This document shows, piece after piece, positions 30,850 through 41,400 of a stretch of DNA of 64,000 bases. Made by a program: the position numbers and the translations under genes. The stretch is from Terriglobia bacterium (GTDB lineage: Bacteria > Acidobacteriota > Polarisedimenticolia > Polarisedimenticolales > JAIQFR01). The stretch's first letter is position 1; each line of letters opens with the position of its first letter. The notes beneath the pieces are model-generated. The model made no database searches and was not told where the DNA came from. It saw only the letters and a list, made by a program, of their open reading frames with translations. The stretch is from contig CAVVHE010000009.1 in assembly GCA_963748015.1 (NCBI GenBank), forward strand, positions 160,001 through 224,000. The letters are read 5' to 3'.

Positions 30850-31608
30850 ATGTTTGGCGCGGAATTGCCGATCGGGCTGCTCGTCGCGCTGTTCGTCGTC
30901 GTCCTGATCCTCGCGAACTCCGTCAAGATTCTCCCGGAGTACGAGCGGGGGGTCGTGTTCCGCCTCGGGCGCCTCCGCCCGATGGACTACGGTCCGGGAC
31001 TGTTCTTCCTGATCCCGGTCGCGGACCGGATGATCCGGGTCTCGCTCCGCACCGTGGTCCACGACGTGCCGCCCCAGGACATCATCACGCGGGACAACGT
31101 CTCGGTGAAGGTGAACGCGGTGGTCTACTTCCGGGTGATGAGCCCCCGGAAGGCGGTGGTGGACGTGGAGAACTACCACTACGCCACCAGCCAGCTCTCG
31201 CAGACGACGCTCCGCTCGGTGCTGGGGCAGGCGGACCTCGACGGGCTGCTTTCCGAACGAGAGAAGCTCAACCAGCAGCTCCAGGTGATCCTGGACAAGC
31301 ACACCGACCCGTGGGGGATCAAGGTCTCCGCCGTGGAGGTCAAGCACGTCGACCTTCCGGTGGAGATGCAGCGCGCCATGGCCAAGCAGGCCGAGGCCGA
31401 GCGGGAGAAGCGCGCGAAGATCATCCACGCCGAAGGGGAGTTCCTGGCGGCGACCAACCTCGCGAAGGCCGCGGCCGAGGTGGGCAAGCACCCGATCACG
31501 CTGCAGCTCAGGTATCTCCAGACGCTCACCGAGATCGCCGCGGAGAAGAACTCGACCATCGTCTTCCCGCTGCCCATCGATCTGATCAAGGGGTTCCTCG
31601 ACAAGTAG
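30850..31608 (+). CDS. SPFH-domain stomatin/slipin family protein
   Basis: [69 protein letters not shown]. Confidence 0.95.
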   Translation: MFGAELPIGLLVALFVVVLILANSVKILPEYERGVVFRLGRLRPMDYGPGLFFLIPVADRMIRVSLRTVVHDVPPQDIITRDNVSVKVNAVVYFRVMSPRKAVVDVENYHYATSQLSQTTLRSVLGQADLDGLLSEREKLNQQLQVILDKHTDPWGIKVSAVEVKHVDLPVEMQRAMAKQAEAEREKRAKIIHAEGEFLAATNLAKAAAEVGKHPITLQLRYLQTLTEIAAEKNSTIVFPLPIDLIKGFLDK

Positions 31609-31623
31609 CCTGGGCGGCCGGGA

Positions 31624-31651
31624 TTGTCGGGAATGCAGGCTGTTGTAGTAT
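31624..31651 (+). promoter_or_regulatory. Possible sigma-70 promoter
   Basis: TTGTCG-N16-TAGTAT upstream of the 31759 gene. Confidence 0.3.
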
Positions 31652-31758
31652 GGTGCGGCCGACCATTGGGTCCGCTGCGGTCCGCCCGAACGGGGCCGGA
31701 CGCGCAGATCCGGGCCCGGGACGCAGTCGATCTTGGGTTCACAAAGGAGACGAACGAG

Positions 31759-32250
31759 ATGAGAATCGGAAGAACCATGGCGCTGGTTTTCGCGATCGCG
31801 CTGATCGCCGGCTTCGGGACCGCCGCTTTCGCGCAGGTCCAGCACGAGATCGCCATCACGCGGACGGAGATCCAGGCCGAACGGCAGGCGATCGTGGCCG
31901 ACAACCTCCCGCTTTCCGAGGAACAGGCCAAGGCGTTTTGGCCCCTTTACCGGGAGTACAGGGGCGCCTTGGCGAAGGCGGGCGACCGCAGCGTCGCCAT
32001 GATCGAGAGCTACGCCAAGAACTACGACACGCTGAGCGACGAGCAGGCCCAGTCCATGGTGGACGAGTTCTTCGCGATCCAGAAGGACGAGCTCAAGATC
32101 AAGACGGACTGGCTGCCCAAGTTCCGCAAGATTCTCCCCGGGAAGGCCATGGCGCGGTTCGTCCAGATCGAGAACAAGCTGGACGCGATCATCCGCTTCG
32201 GGCTCGCCGACGAGATCCCGCTCGTCGAGCACATGCCGAAGGGCAAGTAG
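31759..32250 (+). CDS. Secreted alpha-helical hypothetical protein (paralogue A)
   Basis: AAAGGAG RBS; signal peptide AFA|QV; LSEEQAKAFWPLYREY...ARFVQIENKL. Confidence 0.85.
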   Translation: MRIGRTMALVFAIALIAGFGTAAFAQVQHEIAITRTEIQAERQAIVADNLPLSEEQAKAFWPLYREYRGALAKAGDRSVAMIESYAKNYDTLSDEQAQSMVDEFFAIQKDELKIKTDWLPKFRKILPGKAMARFVQIENKLDAIIRFGLADEIPLVEHMPKGK

Positions 32251-32261
32251 GCTTCGACCTA

Positions 32262-32290
32262 CCGGCCGGCAGGACCAGTCTGCCGGCCGG
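32262..32290 (+). other. Intergenic GC-rich hairpin (mRNA stabiliser or attenuator)
   Basis: 11-bp perfect stem CCGGCCGGCAG/CTGCCGGCCGG just before the next RBS. Confidence 0.45.
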
Positions 32291-32305
32291 CCCGAGGAGA
32301 ACGAC

Positions 32306-32932
32306 ATGGGACGCAAGAACGCCTGGGTGCTCGCCATCGTCGGGCTGGCCGTGCTGGCCGCCTCCGCATGCGCGACGACGAAGTGGGTCAATACCTGGAT
32401 GGAGCCCGCCGCGGCAAGCGCCGGCACCCTCAAGAACATCCTCGTGATCGGGATGAGCCCCGACATGGCGAACCGCAGGATCTTCGAGGACACACTGGTC
32501 CAGAGCTTCAAGAGCGCCAAGGTCGCGGCGACGCCCTCGTACTCGGTCCTGCCCGAGGGACAGGTGTCCGAGGAAGTCCTCAGGGCGAAGGTCAAGGAGG
32601 GGGACTTCGGCGGCGTGATCATCACCCGGCTCATCGGGAAGGAAGAAAAGGAGGAATTCGTTCCTCCGACCACCACGGCCGGGTACGCGGGATACGGATG
32701 GGGGCCCTACTACCACGGATACGGCGGCTGGTACGGGGCGACCTACTCTCCCGGCTACGTCAAGAACACAACCGTCGCGCGGGTCCAGACGAGGTTGTGG
32801 TCCACGGCGGGGGAAGGGAAGCCGGTCTGGACCGGGGTCAGCGAGACGGTGGATCCCGGCAAGATCGACTCCTGGAGCCGCGAGATGTCGGACCTCGTGA
32901 TCCGCGAGCTCCGCGTCAACAAGCTGATCTGA
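32306..32932 (+). CDS. Lipoprotein, DUF4136-like
   Basis: Lipobox ASAC; ILVIG...RRIFEDTL; Gly/Tyr-rich segment; VWTGVSET. Confidence 0.75.
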   Translation: MGRKNAWVLAIVGLAVLAASACATTKWVNTWMEPAAASAGTLKNILVIGMSPDMANRRIFEDTLVQSFKSAKVAATPSYSVLPEGQVSEEVLRAKVKEGDFGGVIITRLIGKEEKEEFVPPTTTAGYAGYGWGPYYHGYGGWYGATYSPGYVKNTTVARVQTRLWSTAGEGKPVWTGVSETVDPGKIDSWSREMSDLVIRELRVNKLI

Positions 32933-32951
32933 GCTCGAGCGCGTCGTGCGC

Positions 32952-33827
32952 ATGGTGACCGGCAGGCGCGGCACGCTTTCGGCCGCACTCGCCGTGCCGC
33001 TCCTCCTGTGCGCGGTCCTGCCGCCGGCCGCCGTGGCCGACGAGCCCATGACGCTCCAGGAGGAGAAGGTCGTCAACTACGCCTTCGCGACGCGGCTAGG
33101 CTCGGGCATCTACGACGTGAACGGGAGGACCGTCCAGGTCTACCGTTTTCCGATCTCGTGGACGCCCCGCCGCGAAGGGCCGGACCGTGTCGGCGTGCGG
33201 GTCAAGCTCCCGGTGACGATCGGCTTCTACGATTTTCAACCCCGCGACGTCGTGGATTCGGGAGTGCCTCAGCACCTCGACACCGCGAGCTTCGTCCCCG
33301 GCCTCGAGCTTCGCTTCCCGGTCCGCGAGAACTGGATGCTCATGCCGTACGCCGAGGCCGGAATCGCCGTCGATCGCAGCGGCGATGCGGCGGCGTACGT
33401 CTACACGGCGGGCGTACGCAGCGTCGCCGACTTCACGAGCGGGCGCTTCCGGCTCGCGCTGGGGAACGACGCCGTCTACACCCGCGTGGACGCCGGGAGC
33501 GAACAGCCGGGCGACGACTTCGCCGCGATCCAGGCCTGTCTCGAGGCGCGGCACGGCATGGGATTCATGGCCTGGGGCAAGGAGGCGGACTACGGCCTCT
33601 ACGCCATCTTCGATCTTCAATACGGCGACCCGAAGTTCCCCATGGAGCACGAGGATCGAGCCCGCCTGGAGGACCAGTACGAGGTCGGCGTGACCTTTGG
33701 AAGAACGGAGCCCGCGAAGCTCTGGGGCATAGAGCTTCCAAGACTCGGTTTCGGCTACCGGTTCGCGAGCGGGGTCTCGGTCTTCCGTTTCGTGATCGGC
33801 ATCCCGGCCCCCTCGCTCGCGCGCTGA
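32952..33827 (+). CDS. Putative outer-membrane beta-barrel protein
   Basis: Signal peptide AVA|DE; alternating beta-strand pattern; C-terminal RLGFGYRF...FRFVIG. Confidence 0.65.
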   Translation: MVTGRRGTLSAALAVPLLLCAVLPPAAVADEPMTLQEEKVVNYAFATRLGSGIYDVNGRTVQVYRFPISWTPRREGPDRVGVRVKLPVTIGFYDFQPRDVVDSGVPQHLDTASFVPGLELRFPVRENWMLMPYAEAGIAVDRSGDAAAYVYTAGVRSVADFTSGRFRLALGNDAVYTRVDAGSEQPGDDFAAIQACLEARHGMGFMAWGKEADYGLYAIFDLQYGDPKFPMEHEDRARLEDQYEVGVTFGRTEPAKLWGIELPRLGFGYRFASGVSVFRFVIGIPAPSLAR

Positions 33828-33841
33828 CGCGTCCGTCGCTA

Positions 33842-34411
33842 TTAGTCGAGGAGCTTCTCGATCTCCTCGATGACCCGGCGCTCCTCGGCCGAGATCTTCG
33901 ACGTGAGACCCAGGATCCCGCCGGCGGCCTCCGCGACCTCGCGCACGGACTCGAGGCAGTTGCTGCGCATCTGCCAGCGCTCGTCGGCCGTGAAGTAGCT
34001 CCAGAGCCGGCCGACGTAAGCCTTCCACGACGCGAAGAGCTTCGGGTCGGGCTGGCGCGCGAGGCCGTCCTTCAAGAGCTGGAGCCCGATGCGCTCCGCC
34101 GCCACGCCGCGCTCCCGCGCGGCCTGGAGGATCGCTTCCCTCTCCCGGTCGTCCAGCTTGCCGTCGGCCCAGGCGACCACGATGAGCGGGATGAGCGTGA
34201 TCGCCAGGGCCGTCTCGGGGCTGAACCCGATGGCGGCGAGGCGATTCAGGAACGCCTGGTCCTTGATCTTGACCACCGCGCTCAGCATTCGCCGGCGCTC
34301 CGCCTCCTTGGGTTCCAGGCGCAGCTCCTCGAGCAGTCGGTGATTGTCGCCGGCGAAGAAGCTCTCCTCGAGCCCCGCCGCGTCCTTCCTGAGATCGGCC
34401 TCTCGCGTCAT
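33842..34411 (-). CDS. TerB-like hypothetical protein (paralogue 2)
   Basis: LEESFF helix; VAWADGKLDDREREAIL; VAEAAGGILGLTSKISAEERRVIE; collinear with 25750-26316. Confidence 0.78.
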   Translation of the reverse strand: MTREADLRKDAAGLEESFFAGDNHRLLEELRLEPKEAERRRMLSAVVKIKDQAFLNRLAAIGFSPETALAITLIPLIVVAWADGKLDDREREAILQAARERGVAAERIGLQLLKDGLARQPDPKLFASWKAYVGRLWSYFTADERWQMRSNCLESVREVAEAAGGILGLTSKISAEERRVIEEIEKLLD

Positions 34412-34831
34412 GGCACCCTCGTCATGCTCGTCCGGGGCTGTCCGGCCTCGACCGAGGCAGTCTAGCGCAACTGAGGCACGGTGGCCTCGGGCCCGTCGCG
34501 AGGCGTGCCGCGAAGCGAGCCGGAGCCGTCGAGCTCCGACCGTTCGGCCCGGGAACCCGCCGCTTGTCGGCGACGAGCCCCGTAATTTCACGAGGTTACA
34601 ACTTTCCGAAGAGCGGCTAATCTCGGTCCGAAGCCAGGCGCCGCCACGCGTCGCGACGGGCGCGGTCGCCGAGGAGGCTGTGTCTCCTCCATGCTCGAGC
34701 AACTCCTGAACTGCGGTATCCTGTGGACCGACGGAACGGTCTCGGAGGCGGAGCGCGCAGCCTGCTCGAAACCGCGTTCGAAACGGCCATGATGGTCGCC
34801 TGCGAGCCGATCCGAAAACATGCCCCGTCCG

Positions 34832-34865
34832 GTCGCTCGGCGGGCGTGAGATTCACCCGAGCGAC
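34832..34865 (+). other. Hairpin immediately upstream of the RBS of the 34882 gene
   Basis: GTCGCTCGG...CCGAGCGAC 9-bp inverted repeat with further internal pairing (GTGA/TCAC). Confidence 0.35.
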
Positions 34866-34881
34866 GTGAGGGAGACGTCCC

Positions 34882-35358
34882 ATGAAAAAGCTCCTGTTCC
34901 ATGCGTTGATCGTCGTCACGGTGGCGATGGCGTTGCTTGCGCTGCCTGCCTGGGCGCAAGAGACCCCGCAGAAGCCGCCCGAGCAGCCCCCGCAAACTCC
35001 GCCCGCCGCGGCTCCCGCTCCGGCTGCAGCACCTGCCCCGGCCGCCGCGCCGGCCGCGCCGCTGGTAACGAAGGCCAAGGTCGTCGTGGAGGGCAAGGCG
35101 AAGAACGACGGGAAGATCGCGGTCGTCTTCACGCCGGAGAAGGGCGAGCCGGTCACGATCGGCACGGTCGTCGCGGCCGAGATGAAGGGGAAGGAGATCG
35201 CCGAGGACCTCGGGAAGAACTTCAAGGTCACGCTCGGGGGGACCTACAAGGTCGACGTCTCCGGCGAGAAGATCGAGATCAAGGGCAAAGACAAGCAGAA
35301 GTTCAGCATCGTGGCAAGCTCGAACACCGTGTCCGGCGTGTCGCTCAAGGTCGAATAG
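34882..35358 (+). CDS. Secreted hypothetical protein with Pro/Ala-rich linker
   Basis: Signal peptide AWA|QE; AAAPAP repeats; Lys-rich beta domain. Confidence 0.8.
   Translation: MKKLLFHALIVVTVAMALLALPAWAQETPQKPPEQPPQTPPAAAPAPAAAPAPAAAPAAPLVTKAKVVVEGKAKNDGKIAVVFTPEKGEPVTIGTVVAAEMKGKEIAEDLGKNFKVTLGGTYKVDVSGEKIEIKGKDKQKFSIVASSNTVSGVSLKVE
35005..35061 (+). repeat. Coding low-complexity repeat AAAPAP-AAAPAP-AAAP-AAP
   Basis: Peptide repeat with divergent synonymous codons. Confidence 0.7.
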
Positions 35359-35412
35359 CGGGACGGGATACCGCGCCGCGGCGCCGGCCATCGCGGTAGC
35401 ACGCGCGGAGCC

Positions 35413-35418
35413 TATAAT
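35413..35418 (+). promoter_or_regulatory. Perfect -10 box (TATAAT) 6 nt before the GTG start; possible leaderless promoter
   Basis: CCTATAATTCCCGCGTG with no Shine-Dalgarno sequence. Confidence 0.5.
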
Positions 35419-35424
35419 TCCCGC

Positions 35425-38400
35425 GTGAGTGCGAGCGAAGGACCGGTGCCGGGGCGGCGCGGGACGTGGCGCCGGCGCCTGGCTTGGATGCTGCTGGCGG
35501 CGGCGCTCGCCGCGATCGCGGTTCCCGTGGCGATCGTCCTGAGCCTCCGCATCGAGAGCGTTCAGGACCGGGCCCTGGTCCGGATCTCGGAGAAACTCGA
35601 GCGCGAAACCGGGACGGGAGTGCGAGCGCGGGGCTTCGACCTCGATGCTTGGCGCGGCGTGATCGAGATACGCGGTCTTGAGGTCGCCTCGGCAGGCCAC
35701 TCCCGCGAGCCGTTTCTCACCGCGCCCTTCGTCCGTTGCGAGCTCGACCTCCCTGCGCTGCTGCGCGGCCACGTCGTCGTTCGCGGCCTTACCGTCGACC
35801 GGCCACGGCTTCTGCTCGATGCTCCGCTCCCCCCCGCGACGAGCGATAGCGCGTCTCCCCTTGGGTTCCTGGGGGACTTGGAGATCCGCTCTTTCGAGTT
35901 GCGAGGAGGGGAGATCCCGGCCGGCGGGCCCGGGGCTCCCGGGGTCGCGTCGCTCGGGCCGTGGCAACTCTCCGATCTCGACGTGCGCGGGTCGGTCTCG
36001 AACGGGCGGGCTGCGGTCGTGCTCTCCCGGGCGTCTCTCCACGTCGAGCCGGTCTCGCGACCGGTCAATCTCGTCCTCGAGGGCTCGCTCGCGATCGCGA
36101 AGGACGGAGCGTTCGAGGTCGAGGCCCTGAAGGCCGACGGGTCGGGAATCTCGCTCGACGCTCGAGGATCCGGCGGCGTCGATCCGGGGCTCCGCGTCTC
36201 CGCGACGTACCGGCTGGACACCGAGCTCGCCCGGCTTGCGGCGGACCTCTTCGCCGGCGGCTCCATCGCGGTCTCCGGGCAACTCGACATCGGGGGCGGA
36301 AGCGGACCGAGAGGAACGGCGCGGGTCGAGGCGACCGGGGTCCCGCTGGACGCGCTCGAGCGCTGGGTCGCCCTCGACCTTCCACCGCCGCTCGTCCTGC
36401 GCGGGACTCGAGCCGACGGGAAGGGCGACTTCGAGTTCGACCTGTCGAACGTCGGCTCGCTCGCCGCGCTCCGGGGCGACGCGATACGCGGCGAAGCCTC
36501 TCTTTCCTGGCTGCGAGGCGGCACGCGCCTCCTCGACGCCTCGGTCCGCTCGGAGCCCGAGACGCCACCATCGGCCGAAGGCGTCGCGCGGTGCTCGCTG
36601 CGCGCCGCGCTCTTTCCCGAAGCCGAGGGAGAGCGGCGCCTCGAGGGCACCGCACGGATCCGCTCGTGGGGCGATCCGGCGGGAATCGACATCCTGGGGG
36701 CCACGCTCCACGCGAGGGAGCCGCGGATTCCCGCAGCGCTCGACCGGCTCGGAGTCCCCGTGCCTTGGCCCGATGCCGCGGCGCCCGGCGGCTCGCTCGA
36801 CGCCACGGTCGAGGCCTCGGGCCCGCTCGTCGCGCCGCGTTTCCGTCTCGACGCGACCTGGCGCGACGAGAGCGAGACGCTCGCGGTCGTCTCGGCACGC
36901 TCGGCTCCCGGATGGCGGGCCTGGCCGCCCGCCCGTATCGCCGTCGACGTTGACGCGTCCGTCCTGCCCGAAGCTCCCGGTGCGAGACAGGCCAGCGTGC
37001 GGCTCGAGGGGCTCGAGCTGCGGGATGGAACCGCCCGTGTCGACCTTCCCGATCTCGGCCAGGCGGTCGCGGATCTTCTCCGCCGCACCGGGGTGGCGAT
37101 TCCCTCCGGATCGCCCCGGCTCGACGAGCTGCTCTCGGGTCCCTTCGAGGCGGAAGCGCGGTTCTCCGGCAAGGCGACGAAACCTCTCGTCGCCATCGAC
37201 TCGGCCTGGCATCCGGGCGGCGAAGGGATCGTCCGGCTCACCGCGACCGGCCGGCCGAACGGTCAGGCTCCCTTCTTCGACCTCGCGGAAGACGCGAAGC
37301 TCGAGGCCCGCGACGTGGACGCGAGCCGCTTCGGGGCGCCCGGCCTCGTCGTGCATTCCCTCGACGCCGTCTCGGACGGGAAGCGGGTGAGCGTCCGTAG
37401 CATCGCGGCAACGCTTCCACCCGCGAGTCCTGGGGCCCTGCGGGGCGAGCTTTCGGGAAGCGGAGGATTCGATCTCGCCTGGCCGCCACGTCTGGCCGAC
37501 GCCGATCTCTCGATCGAGCACCCGATCGAGGGGGTCGACCGCGCGAGCGTCCGCGCGCAGCTCGACGGCGGCGTCGTTCGCATCGACCGACTGGACGTGG
37601 ATTCCGGTTCCTCCCGCGCCTCCGCCCGCGGCTCGATCCCGCTCGCCGCCCTCGCGCGCTACGCCGGCCCGCTCCGGGAGCTGCTCGCGGGCTACCCCTA
37701 CGGCCCGATTGCTCTCGAAGCCGAGGGGATCGACCTCGGCGCGCTGCAGCGCGCTCTCCCGCTTCCGGACACGTTTCCGAGAACGAGCGGCACGGTGGAC
37801 GTGCGGCTCGCGCTCGACCCGGAGCGCCCGATGTCGTCCTCGGGACGGCTCGAGGCGCGGGGACTCGCGCTCGAGCTCGACGGACGACGGATCGCGGCGG
37901 AGGGCCCCGTCCGGATCGACCTCGACAACGGCAAGGCGACGCTGCCGGCGACCCCGCTCAGGAGCTTCGGCCCGAACGTGCCGGCGGGGCTGCCCGCGGA
38001 GCTCTCCGGCACCGTCGAGCTCTCGCAGGACTGGGTCCCGGGACAGGGTCCCGCCTCATTGATCCGGGATTTCTCCGCCGCCCTCCACGGGACGATCGAC
38101 GCGGCGGCCCTGACGCGCTTCCTCGGAACCGGAAACGCCTCGGGAGCCCTCGTCGTGGACGCGAGCGCCCGCGGACCCCTGGGCGGCGTCGCGGCGGACG
38201 TGGAAGTTCGCGGTCCGGACGCCCGGATCTCGTTCCTCTCTCCCTACGCGACGCGCTTCGAGTCGCCCGAGGCCCGCTTCCACTTTCGCGGAGGCGCGCT
38301 CGAAATCGAGTCCGCGCGGTTCCGCTGGAACTCGGGCGAGCTCACGGTCCGGGGCACCATCGCTCCCCGCCGCGACTCCCGCGTCGCCGCGGAGTTCGAC

Positions 38401-41400
38401 GGGGTGACGTACCGTCTCGAGTACGGCGTCACCGCGCGGCTCGGCGGCCAGCTCGAGCTGGTCTGGCCCGCGGAAGGCGACAGGGTCCTGCGCGGAGCCC
38501 TGAGCGTCGACCGGGCGACGCTCAGGCGCAACGTGTCCCTCGACCGGGAGATGCTCCGATCGCTCTTCGAGCCCGCCGGTGCGGCCGAGAGCGCGCTGCT
38601 CGAGACCGTTCTGATGGACCTCCAGGTCACGACGGTGCAGGGGCTCCAGATCCGGAACAACGTGGCCAGCCTCCACGCGGACTGGGACCCCCTCCACGTG
38701 ACGGGCAGCCTCGCGGCGCCGAAGATCAGCGGGCAGGCCCGGGTCGTCCCCGGCGGTCTCCTGAACCTCTTCGGGAGCATCGTCCGGATCGACGAGGGGA
38801 CCTTCTCGTGGTCCGGGGACCCGCCCTCGTCCCCTCGCGTCGCGCTGAAGACGACGAGCGCGGTCGAGGACCCCACGATCAAGAACCAGTGGTACAGCTC
38901 GTGGTACGCGGCGCCGGTGATGGGACCCGGACGCGGGGGGACCATGGATCTCACCGCGCAGCGGGCCTCGAGTGCCGAGACCATGGACGCCTTCGCTTCG
39001 GGGATGATGAGCTACTACCAGGACCGGCTCGCGGGCTCCGTCGGCGGGGGAGTGACCCAGACCGAGCTGAGCTACGAGCCGCTTCCCCTCTTCGGCGAGA
39101 CGGACACCACGGCGCGGATGACGATCACGCAGCGCCTCTCGAGGTACGCCAAGTTCGTGGCCTCCTACAACCCGACCGATGCCGAGGCGCAGACGTTCGT
39201 CCTGGAGGCCCACGGACTCGACGCCGCGCCCAGCCTCGCGGTCCAGGCGTTCGAGAACGACGAGAAGCACCAGGGCGGCACGCTGCAGCAAACGGTCCGG
39301 CTCGGCAAGGGATACCTCGAAGACGAGTCCGCGGACCGTCTTCGCAAGGTGAGAATCGACGCCCCCGAGGGGATCTCGAAGCGCAAGCTGAAGAAGAACA
39401 TCTCCTACCGCCCCGGCGACGCGCTCCCGGACGGCTCCGCGATGGACGCGGAGTTCGACGTGGTCGACGGCATGCGCCGTCTCGGCTACCCGCTCTCCGA
39501 GGTGTCGGTCGAGGCCGTGCCCCACTCTCCGAAGAAGGTCGATCTCGAGGTTCGCGTCGTGCCGGGGCCGAAGATCCGGTGCGAGTTCGAGGGAGACAGG
39601 CCACGGAAGGCCGCAAGGCGCGTCATCGCGGCGCTGTACCGGTTCGGCGAGGAGGAAGCGGCGTCGCTCGAGGAGATCCGGCAGGAAACGGTTCGCGCGC
39701 TGCAGTCCCGCGGCTACCTCGACCCGCGCGTCGAGGTGTCGGTCATGCGGGAAGGCGCGGGCGGCGAGGGCGAGCCCCTGACCGTCCGGGTGCAGGCGGA
39801 AGGGGGAAGGACGGCCGATCCCGACGCGCCGAGCTTCGCCGGCGTTCCGTCCAAGGAGGCCTCCGCCCTTTCATCCCTGTTCGCGACCAAGGACGCCCGC
39901 ATCGCGCTGGCGGCGGGAGCGCCTGCGGCCGATCTCCGCGTCCGGCGCGCGCTTGCCGCCGCGGGCTATCCCGACGCGCGCGTGGCGGGGAGGGAGCTCT
40001 CCGAGGACGGGCGGAAGCTCGTCGTTCGCGTCGAGCCGGGCGGCCGGCAGCGGCTCGCCGGCATCGCGGTGCGGGGCCTCCCGCCGGGAGACGAGCAGCG
40101 CCTGCTGCCTCTCCTCGGACTCCGGGAGGGAGACCCGGTGGAAGCGGAGAAGGTCGCAGGGGCGGTCGTCGTGGTCGAGCGGGACATGATGAGCAAGGGA
40201 CACGCGCAGTCCGACATCCGGGCCCGGCTGGAGCCGGTTTCGCCGGATCGCCTCCTCGACCGCAACCTGATCATCGACGCCTCCCCCGGGCCCGAGTTCG
40301 AGATCGGCGACGTCCGGTTCCGGGGAGCGCGGACCTCGAGGCCGGGCTGGCTCGAGTCCACCGCCGGCCTCTCCTCCGGCACGCCGGCGGACCCGCAGGA
40401 GATCTCGAAGGCGCGCTCGCGGCTCGCCCAGACGGGGGTCTTCCAGGAGATCCGGGTGTCGACCGACCCTCCGACGACCCGATCCGCCCGGGCCGGAGAG
40501 GCGGCCGAGCCCGATCGCACGATCCCAACCGCGGTCCTCTTCGATCTCGCCGAGAAGAAGCGATGGCAGCTCGCCTACGGCGGGCGGTACGAGACCGAGG
40601 TGGGCTTCGGCGTCATGGTCAACCTCGACAACTTCAACTCGCTCGGCCGCGGGCAGACGACGGGGTTGAGGGGCGTTTACGCCGCGAACGATCAGGAGAT
40701 TCAGCTCTACCACGTGGTTCCTCGACTCTTCGGAGAGCGCTCCTCGCTCGAGGGCTTCCTCCAGTACAAGAGGGAGCTGACCGAGGGCGTCTGGTCCGAG
40801 GGCGAGCAGGCTTGGTTGCAGGCGTCGTTCCCGCTGACGAAGCGCTGGCGAAACCGGACCTACGTCGTATTCGAGTGGCGGACCCTGACCTCCGAGGAGC
40901 CCGACACCCCGCTCGACCAGCGGGCGATCAGCCCGCGGGTCGGCTGGCAGCTCGTGTACGACTCGCGGGTCCTTCCGAGCATGGGGATAGGGCGCTCGAA
41001 GGGGTTCTTCTACGGCCTCAACCTGGTGGGCTCCACCGAGGCGATCGGAAGCGACCTGACCGGCCTCGGCACGTACCAGCAGTGGAGCCACTACCTTCCG
41101 CTCGGAGATCCGGAGAGGGGCCGGTTCGACTGGGCCCACTCCTACCGCGTGAGCACGATCGACGTGAAGGGCGAGTCCGTCCCGACCGACAGCCGGCTGC
41201 GGGCGGGCGGAGAGTTCTCCGTGCGAGGCTACCCGACCAACAGCCTCGGGCCGCAGGACGAAGAGGGCAACGCGCTCGGGGGAGAGTTCCTCGTGATCGC
41301 GAACGAGGAAATGCATGTCCGGCTATGGAGATCGTTCTCGAGCCTGCTGTTTGTCGACGTGGGAAACGTCTGGCCGACCCTCGGCGGCTTCGACTGGCGC

